From an archaeon (GTDB lineage: Archaea; Iainarchaeota; Iainarchaeia; Iainarchaeales; 1-14-0-10-31-34): a stretch of 23,050 nt of DNA. This document shows, piece by piece, positions 16,758 to 23,050 of this stretch. The notes below the pieces were generated by a model, which was not told where the DNA came from, ran no database searches, and saw only the letters and a list, made by a program, of their open reading frames with translations. Within the stretch, counting starts at the first letter, position 1; every line of letters begins with the position of its first letter. The DNA lies in contig JBDRIL010000011.1 of NCBI GenBank assembly GCA_043815885.1, positions 1 through 23,050 of the forward strand, in the 5' to 3' direction. The position numbers and the translations under genes are program-made.

Positions 16758-16844
16758 TATCAAAAGACATTAATTATGGAACTTTAATGTCTTTTGATAG
16801 CTATCAAAGGACAGATTTTGTTTCTATATTTTTGTCCTTTGATA
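16758..16844. repeat. Double-hairpin element, copy 2
   Basis: TATCAAAAGACATTAA(16758-73), 10-nt loop, TTAATGTCTTTTGATA(16784-99), GC, TATCAAAGGACA(16802-13), 19-nt loop, TGTCCTTTGATA(16833-44). Confidence 0.92.
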
Positions 16845-18230
16845 TTAGTCTACTTGCTCAAATCGTGCCTGGAAGAACCTTAGGTCTTTTGGCTCGTGGA
16901 CCATGTTCAGGCCTTTTGCCTTGTCCCTGTTTTCATGGCATCTGATTGCCGAGTCTGCAACGAATTCCATGTGGGAGTTAGTGTAAACCCTTCTTGGAAT
17001 TGTCATTCTAACTAATTCCAGTTTTGGGTAAATGTTTTCTCCTGTTTCTGGATCTCGGCCCTTGCTTACTGCGCCTCTTTCCATGGTTCTTACTGCTGCA
17101 TCCTCGTAAACCAATGCAGTTAATGCCTGTGCAGGGAACTGCTCTCTGGGTAAGTGAGGCAGGAATTTCAGTGCATTCAGGTAAACTGCATGTCCTCCTG
17201 CTGGCCTTACAATCGGAACCTTTGCCTTATCCAGTAAATCCCATAAATACTGTATTTGTCCTATTCTGAATGAAAGATAAGTTGCATCTGCTCCTTCCAC
17301 TAAACCTCTTGCTAATGCTTCCATGTCTCTTCCGGCCATCCCTCCATAGGTATGCAATCCTTCATATACTACTACCCTGCTTCTGCATGACTCATATGCT
17401 TGCTTGTCGTGGCTTGCAATGAATCCGCCAATATTAACCAGACAGTCTTTTTTTGCACTATAGGTGCAGTAGGCAGAATAACTCATCATTTCTTTAAGGA
17501 TTTCAGGAATTGTTTTGTCTTTATAGCCTTTTTCTCTGCTCTTAATGAAATAAGAATTTTCTGAAGAACGGGTTGCATCAATATGGACCGGAATCTTGTA
17601 TTCATCGCATAATTCCTTTACCTTTCTGTAGTTTTCCATTGAGACTGGCTGGCCGCCGGCCATATTGCAGTCTGCTTCAACGCTCACAAAAGGAATTTTT
17701 TCAACACCATTTTCTTCAATCACTTTCTCTAACTTCTTTAAATCAATGTTTCCCTTGAAGGGGTGCTCTGATTCAGGGTCATGGGCTTCATCAATTATTA
17801 CGTCAACCATTTTTCCTCCAGGGATTTCTACATGCTGTTTGGAGGTAGTGAAGTACATGTTTCTTGGGACAATGCTTCCCTCTTTAGTCAGGCAACTGAA
17901 AAGTAAATGCTCTGCGCCTCTTCCCTGATGAGTTGGAACAGTGTACTCATAGCCAAGGATTTTTTCAATTGAATCCCATAAATGCCTGAAATTCTTGCTT
18001 CCAGCGTAAGCTTCATCCCCTAACATTAATCCAGCCCACTGATTTTCACTCATTGCATTGGTTCCAGAATCAGTCAGTAAATCAATATAAACATCCTCTG
18101 ATTGAAGCAGAAATGTATTGAATCCTGCCTCTCTTATTGCTTCCTTCCTTCTTTTAGGGGAAGGAAGATTTATTGGTTCAACCATCTTTATCTTGTATGG
18201 TTCAGCTAATACCCTTTTTTCAGTTGCCAT
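16845..18230 (-). CDS. tpl: Tyrosine phenol-lyase (PLP beta-eliminating lyase)
   Basis: AEPYKIK, GFNTFLL, YIDLLTDSGTNAMS, GDEAYAGS, NMYFTT, SAKKDCLVNIGG (PLP Lys), MERG and LRFF (tryptophanase has LRHF). ATG at 18230 follows a G-rich SD. Confidence 0.85.
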   Translation of the reverse strand: MATEKRVLAEPYKIKMVEPINLPSPKRRKEAIREAGFNTFLLQSEDVYIDLLTDSGTNAMSENQWAGLMLGDEAYAGSKNFRHLWDSIEKILGYEYTVPTHQGRGAEHLLFSCLTKEGSIVPRNMYFTTSKQHVEIPGGKMVDVIIDEAHDPESEHPFKGNIDLKKLEKVIEENGVEKIPFVSVEADCNMAGGQPVSMENYRKVKELCDEYKIPVHIDATRSSENSYFIKSREKGYKDKTIPEILKEMMSYSAYCTYSAKKDCLVNIGGFIASHDKQAYESCRSRVVVYEGLHTYGGMAGRDMEALARGLVEGADATYLSFRIGQIQYLWDLLDKAKVPIVRPAGGHAVYLNALKFLPHLPREQFPAQALTALVYEDAAVRTMERGAVSKGRDPETGENIYPKLELVRMTIPRRVYTNSHMEFVADSAIRCHENRDKAKGLNMVHEPKDLRFFQARFEQVD

Positions 18231-18339
18231 TAAATAACCCCCTCTCGCCCAATTATTTAACTGCTGCAAGGCTTTTTATTTCTTTTGCAGGCAAAAAAAC
18301 AAAAACTATTTATTTCTCTTCCTTCTTTATTTTAATCGC

Positions 18340-19305
18340 ATGGAGAAAATGATTGAAATAATTGAATTCTTTCCTGAACAATGTAAGGAAGGATTAAGGA
18401 TTGGAAAGAAGTTCAAGGCTCCAAAAAAGAAATTCAGTAATATTGTTGTCCAGGGAATGGGCGGTTCAGGGGTAACTGGGCTTATTTTGAGGGATGTGCT
18501 GAAAGAGGAATTAAAGATTCCTATCTTTATTAATTCAACTTATTCTGTTCCTGCATTCATTGATAAAAATACTTTATTTATTGCAGTGAGTTATTCCGGC
18601 AATACGGAGGAAACAATTAATGCAGCAAAAGAAGCATTGAAGAAAAAAGCAATAGTGATTGGAATTTCTTCAGGGGGAAAATTAAAGCAGTTACTGAAAA
18701 AGAATTGCATTTCCATTCCTTCTGGTTTTCCTCCAAGGGAAGCCACTGGATACCTTGTAGTTCCATTGCTTGTATTATTCAGTAAATTAAAATTGATTAA
18801 GCCAAAGGAAAAGGAAGTGAATGAATTCATTGAATTAATTAAGAAAAACAAGGAAGAAGTAAGTGATAAGGCCTGGAGGCTGGCTGAGAGAATGGATGGA
18901 AGGATTCCGGTATTTTATGCGACGGATTCCTTTCAATCGATTTCCTTTAAGTGGATGACTCAAATAAATGAAAACGCAAAGAATTTTGCTCATTCCTCTT
19001 TCTTTCCTGAAATGAATCATAATGAGCTTAACGCAAAGGATGGATTTGAGTATACTTACATTGTTTTCCTGAGAAAGGAAAAAGAACTTCCTGAAATAGA
19101 AAAGAGACTGAAGGTTACAGGGGAAATTTTAAGGAGTTATACTGATGTAGTTGAAGTAAAGGCAAGAGGAAACTCCCTTCTCGCACAAATGTTTTACTTG
19201 ATTTATTTTGGGAGTCTGACTTCACATCATTTGGCCATAATCCGCAATATTGATCCCCTGCCAGTACCAGCAATAGATTACTTAAAGAAGAGACTAAAGG
19301 GATGA
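18340..19305 (+). CDS. Bifunctional phosphoglucose/phosphomannose isomerase
   Basis: SIS motifs GMGGSG, SYSGNTEET, SSGGKL, PPR, QINENAK and PEMNHNE. Confidence 0.92.
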   Translation: MEKMIEIIEFFPEQCKEGLRIGKKFKAPKKKFSNIVVQGMGGSGVTGLILRDVLKEELKIPIFINSTYSVPAFIDKNTLFIAVSYSGNTEETINAAKEALKKKAIVIGISSGGKLKQLLKKNCISIPSGFPPREATGYLVVPLLVLFSKLKLIKPKEKEVNEFIELIKKNKEEVSDKAWRLAERMDGRIPVFYATDSFQSISFKWMTQINENAKNFAHSSFFPEMNHNELNAKDGFEYTYIVFLRKEKELPEIEKRLKVTGEILRSYTDVVEVKARGNSLLAQMFYLIYFGSLTSHHLAIIRNIDPLPVPAIDYLKKRLKG

Positions 19306-19314
19306 GGTGAGGCA

Positions 19315-20250
19315 ATGAAGCAGGCAATCGGAGTTGACATTGGGGGAGGCACTATCAGGAGTGCGTTAGTGAATGAAAAAGGAAAGGCAGTGAAATTCAG
19401 GATTGTTGAAACCGAGGCAGGAAAAGGAAAAAAAAGAATAATGAAGAATCTGATTCAAGCGATTTCTCTTGTCTTTCCTGAAAACAAAAAGATTGCTGGA
19501 ATTGGAATTGGTTTTGCCGGGGCAGTTAATCCAAAAAAAGGAATTGTAGTGCAGTCACCCCATATTTCTTCAATGAATAAAGTGAACATAGTGAAAGAGG
19601 TTGGAAAAAAATTCAGGCTTCCAGTTTTTTTGGAGAATGATGCAAATGTGTTTGCCTTGGGGGAAGCAGTTTATGGAGCGGGAAAAAAATACAATATAAT
19701 TGTCGGGCTTACGTTTGGGACAGGAATTGGAGGGGGGATGGTAATAGAGAAGAAAGTATATGAAGGTTCCTCCAATATCTTTGAAGTAGGCCATATGAGC
19801 ATTAATTTTTTAGGCCCGAAATGCCCTTGCGGGGGCAGCGGATGCTGGGAGGAATATGTTTCAATCAGGGCAATAATGCGGAGGACAGAAGCATTAATTG
19901 AGGGAAGGAATTCTCTCCTTCATAAAATGTGGCCGCTCTCCCCGAAAAAAATAGATGAAGCAGAAGCAAGAGGAGATAAAGTTGCAAGGGAAATTTTGAA
20001 GGAAACTGGATATTATTTTGGAGTGGGCTTGGCTAATTTAGTGAATGTATTGAATCCGGATGCAATTATAGTGGGCGGAGGAATTGGAAAAAGCAAGGTA
20101 ATTGTAAAAGAAGGAATAAATGTAATGAAAAAGCGTTCCTTCAAGCAGGCATGGAAAAAAGTAAAAGTAATTAAAAGTAAATTCAAGAATAGAGCGGGAG
20201 TTATTGGAGGGGCTGCATTGGTTTTCTCTAAAAGAGGCGCAAGAAAATGA
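19315..20250 (+). CDS. ROK family sugar kinase (glucokinase-like)
   Basis: GVDIGGG, LENDANVFALGE, GTGIGGG and the zinc motif EVGH...CPCGGSGCWE; no N-terminal HTH. Confidence 0.9.
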   Translation: MKQAIGVDIGGGTIRSALVNEKGKAVKFRIVETEAGKGKKRIMKNLIQAISLVFPENKKIAGIGIGFAGAVNPKKGIVVQSPHISSMNKVNIVKEVGKKFRLPVFLENDANVFALGEAVYGAGKKYNIIVGLTFGTGIGGGMVIEKKVYEGSSNIFEVGHMSINFLGPKCPCGGSGCWEEYVSIRAIMRRTEALIEGRNSLLHKMWPLSPKKIDEAEARGDKVAREILKETGYYFGVGLANLVNVLNPDAIIVGGGIGKSKVIVKEGINVMKKRSFKQAWKKVKVIKSKFKNRAGVIGGAALVFSKRGARK

Positions 20251-21074
20251 ATGAAATGGGTCAACCGTTAATTTCCCTTACAACGGATTTTTCTACCCGA
20301 AGCGAGGCAGTAGGGGTAATGAAGGCAGTAATACTGAAAATCTGCCCTGGGACAAGGATTGTTGATGTATGCCATCATGTAGAGAAATTCAATTTAAGGG
20401 AAGGCGCCTGGACTTTAGAGGCGGCATTAAGCTATCTCCCAAAAGGAATTCATGTAGGAGTAATTGACCCAGGAGTCGGGACAGAGAGAAGAGGAATAAT
20501 AATTGAGACAAAGAGAGGAGATTTTTTGGTTGGGCCTGACAACGGAATACTCATTCCTGCAGCAGAGAGATTAGAGGGGATAGTTAAGGCAGTGGAAATA
20601 AAGGAAGAAAAGTATTTGCAGAAACCTGTTTCTCCTTCATTTCATGGAAGGGATGTGTTTGCTTCAGTTGCAGCTTATCTTGCAAGAGGCATTGCCATTG
20701 AAAAATTTGGCCCAAAGCTGGATGGAAAAGAGTTGGTTGAAGCTCCATACAAAAAAGGTGAATTAAAGAAAGGTGCATTGGAAGGAGAAGTGGTGCATAT
20801 TGATGGATTCGGCAACTGCGCAACAAATATTTCAAGTGAATTGCTTAAATTAATTGATTTAAAGAAGGGAGACTTTGCATTAATTAAATTAAGCCGAAAA
20901 GAATTCAAGTTAAGGGTTCTGGATACCTTTGGAGAGACAATGATTGGAGAGGGAATGCTGATGGATGACACCTATGGAAGGATTGCTCTTTCCGTTAACC
21001 AGCAGAGTGCAGCAGAAAACTATTCAATTAAAATTGGTGATATTGTAAGAATTAATAAGGCGGAAAAGAAATGA
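20247..21074 (+). CDS. SAM hydroxide adenosyltransferase (DUF62, fluorinase/chlorinase superfamily)
   Basis: ISLTTDF, VIDPGVGTERR, VGPDNG, SFHGRDVFA and HIDGFGN; the Asp-Arg-His triad of the hydrolase branch is present. Confidence 0.88.
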   Translation: MNEMGQPLISLTTDFSTRSEAVGVMKAVILKICPGTRIVDVCHHVEKFNLREGAWTLEAALSYLPKGIHVGVIDPGVGTERRGIIIETKRGDFLVGPDNGILIPAAERLEGIVKAVEIKEEKYLQKPVSPSFHGRDVFASVAAYLARGIAIEKFGPKLDGKELVEAPYKKGELKKGALEGEVVHIDGFGNCATNISSELLKLIDLKKGDFALIKLSRKEFKLRVLDTFGETMIGEGMLMDDTYGRIALSVNQQSAAENYSIKIGDIVRINKAEKK

Positions 21075-21751
21075 GCAAAGAAAAACAAAAAGAGAACGCT
21101 GCAAGAGAAGCAATTAAATTTGTTAAGGATGGAATGATTGTTGGTTTAGGGACTGGATCAACTACTGATTATTTTGTTAAACTATTGGCTGAGAGAGTGA
21201 AAGAAGAAAAATTGCAGCTTACCTGTGTTTCCACTTCCAAGAAAACAAATGAATTAGCTGCGGGTTTAGGGCTGAAGGTAGTTGGAATTAATGAAGTGGA
21301 AAGAATTGATGTAGCTGTAGACGGCGCTGACCAGGTTGACAGGAAAAAGAGAATGCTTAAAGGATTGGGGGGATATGCTTTTCTCAGAGAAAAAGAAGTG
21401 GATTACAAGGCAGAAAAATTAATTATTATAATTGATGAAGGAAAACTAAGCAGGGAATTAGACAAGGAAGTCCTGATTGAGGTGGCCCCAGCCTTAACAG
21501 AAAAAGTCATAAGGGAACTAATAGAAAAATTCGATGAAGCAGAAATAGAGCAGATAACTGAAGGATGCGCGGCAAAAGAGACCGACAACAAGAATTACGT
21601 GGTTAAAATGAAGTTCCCGGAGCCAATAAAGAATCCTGAAAAAATCGAAAAAGAGATTGACTTAATCCGGGGAGTGAAAGCAAACGGAATATTCAACAAA
21701 AAATGCATTGTAATAATTGGAAAAGACGAAGGAGTAGAAGTTTTAAATTAG
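21071..21751 (+). CDS. rpiA: Ribose-5-phosphate isomerase A
   Basis: GLGTGST, DGADQVD, KGLGG.AFLREK and TDNKNYV motifs. Confidence 0.93.
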   Translation: MSKEKQKENAAREAIKFVKDGMIVGLGTGSTTDYFVKLLAERVKEEKLQLTCVSTSKKTNELAAGLGLKVVGINEVERIDVAVDGADQVDRKKRMLKGLGGYAFLREKEVDYKAEKLIIIIDEGKLSRELDKEVLIEVAPALTEKVIRELIEKFDEAEIEQITEGCAAKETDNKNYVVKMKFPEPIKNPEKIEKEIDLIRGVKANGIFNKKCIVIIGKDEGVEVLN

Positions 21752-21945
21752 AACATTCCCTTTGCCCCTTTGCGTGCTCTTCTAAAGCATTTGGCGTGCC
21801 AGTACTGTCCTGCCCATTTCTTGTCTGTTCCTGCCCCGCCGCATAAAGCGCATGGCTCTGAATACTTTCCTTCCGGAACTGTTTCCTTTCCGTGTTTTTT
21901 GTCTATTTCTTCTTTCTTTTTTTTCACGAAATCCATTAAACCCAT
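21748..21945 (-). CDS. Small putative zinc-binding protein (65 aa)
   Basis: CALC...WHAKC (CxxC/HxxC). GGTGA SD precedes the ATG, and the stop overlaps the rpiA stop. Confidence 0.7.
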   Translation of the reverse strand: MGLMDFVKKKKEEIDKKHGKETVPEGKYSEPCALCGGAGTDKKWAGQYWHAKCFRRARKGAKGMF

Positions 21946-21962
21946 TCAATTCACCAACACTA

Positions 21963-22736
21963 TTAATTATCATTAATTATTTTAATTAATCCCTCGTGAA
22001 GTAAACCATTTGAGGCCAATACATGGGAAGGGAATTCAGGTAAAGCTGTGCCGTCTGGCTGGGTTATTGTTCCCCCTGCCTCTTTTACTATTATTGAGGA
22101 AGCCGCAATATCCCATGGCCTTAAATTATACTCCCAATAGAAATCAAATCTTCCGCAGGAAACAAAACACATGTCCAGTGCAGCTGAACCCAGCCTCCTG
22201 AAAGACTTGGATTTAACTAAAAAGGTTTTAATTAATGAAAGCGTTTTTTCCATTAAAGGGCCCCTCTCATAGGCAAACCCTGTGGCAAAAAAACAGTCTC
22301 TTAAATCTGTTTTCCTTGAAACACTGATTCTCTTTCCATTCATAAAAGCGCCTTTTCCTTTCTCTGCAACAAACAATTCTTCATGGAATGGGTCAAGCAC
22401 TACTCCAAGAATTATTTCTTCTCCCTGCTTTAATCCAATTGCAGTGCAAAAGAATGGAAGCCCGTGGGCAAAGTTAGTTGTGCCGTCAATCGGATCAATA
22501 ATCCAGCAGTAATCAGAAGAAGTTTCTTCTTTTCCTTTTTCTTCTGAATAAATGCTGTGGTCTGGAAATGATTCCTTTATTGTTGAAATTATTTTTTTCT
22601 CTGCCTCTAAATCAGCCTTTGTAAGAATTTCTTTCTCTGATTTGTCACTCAGCCTTTCAGCTCTTCCGTACTGGCTCATTATTATTTTTCCTGCTTCTTT
22701 TGCTGCCTTAACTGCAGTTTTAGTGAATTCATTCAT
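21963..22736 (-). CDS. suhB: Inositol monophosphatase family (IMPase/FBPase)
   Basis: TKADLEAE, SEE, WIIDPIDGTTNFAHG, RRLGSAALD and WDIAA. Confidence 0.92.
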   Translation of the reverse strand: MNEFTKTAVKAAKEAGKIIMSQYGRAERLSDKSEKEILTKADLEAEKKIISTIKESFPDHSIYSEEKGKEETSSDYCWIIDPIDGTTNFAHGLPFFCTAIGLKQGEEIILGVVLDPFHEELFVAEKGKGAFMNGKRISVSRKTDLRDCFFATGFAYERGPLMEKTLSLIKTFLVKSKSFRRLGSAALDMCFVSCGRFDFYWEYNLRPWDIAASSIIVKEAGGTITQPDGTALPEFPSHVLASNGLLHEGLIKIINDN

Positions 22737-23050
22737 CTTTTTCTCTTCCCCCCCAACAACTCATCAAATTTTTTCTCCAATCCTAGAGGCATCAAAACCG
22801 ATTTTTTAAATTGATTTAAACTTCCCTCAAGAGTTCTGCGCTCGTCTTCTAGTTTTTTAATTTTCTTCGCTATTTCTTCGGCTTTTCTGGAATCAGTGTG
22901 GGCATCAACTCTAGCCATTAAGCTTTGTTCTGTTTCCTTTAATAAAACGATTCTGTAAAGATTCTGTCGTGCTTTACTCCAAAGATTTTCGCTTATCTTG
23001 TGCAGATTCCCGCTTTTCACTCTCGCCTCCCACAAAGACTTTGAATTTCT
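22733..23050 (-). CDS. Hypothetical coiled-coil protein, 3' part (open to the window edge)
   Basis: Frame is open from 23050 to a TGA overlapping the suhB ATG (ATGA), consistent with translational coupling. Confidence 0.6.
   Translation of the reverse strand, partial: RNSKSLWEARVKSGNLHKISENLWSKARQNLYRIVLLKETEQSLMARVDAHTDSRKAEEIAKKIKKLEDERRTLEGSLNQFKKSVLMPLGLEKKFDELLGGKRKR

Noticed and set aside
10061..16844. The two repeat copies as terminal inverted repeats of a composite transposon
   Set aside because: The enclosed DNA holds housekeeping genes (gatE, nnrD, mscS), has no DDE transposase, and no clear target duplication is visible.
20247..21074. True fluorinase/chlorinase
   Set aside because: It retains the Asp-Arg-His triad (DPG..R, FHGRD) typical of SAM hydrolases.
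1..23050. tRNA, rRNA or CRISPR arrays
   Set aside because: No intergenic region shows a cloverleaf, rRNA-like sequence or regularly spaced direct repeats.

Overview
An AT-rich, gene-dense archaeal chromosomal segment. GatD plus GatE, a group II chaperonin, Dph6, archaeal-type ValRS and BRE/TATA promoters mark it as archaeal, and a DPANN-type lineage is inferred from its compactness and gene mix. Housekeeping genes (valS 5' end, thermosome, dph6, alaX, gatD, gatE, speB, mscS, nnrD, and a PGI/PMI-ROK-SAM hydrolase-rpiA operon with a convergent suhB) are interleaved with accessory items. These are a membrane-anchored M23 peptidase with non-canonical metal motifs, two nucleotidyltransferase/HEPN-type modules, a tyrosine phenol-lyase, and a complete solo-tnpB IS200/IS605 element (11239-12648) whose two ends, TAM (TTTAT), omegaRNA and guide can be read from the sequence. 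The most unusual non-coding signal is an ~90 bp double-hairpin element present twice (10061-10150 and 16758-16844). It is built from four alternating TATCAAARGACA boxes with compensatory stem changes, and each hairpin loop is individually flipped between the two copies. Two +1 homopolymer frameshifts (thermosome tail, mscS) look like assembly errors.
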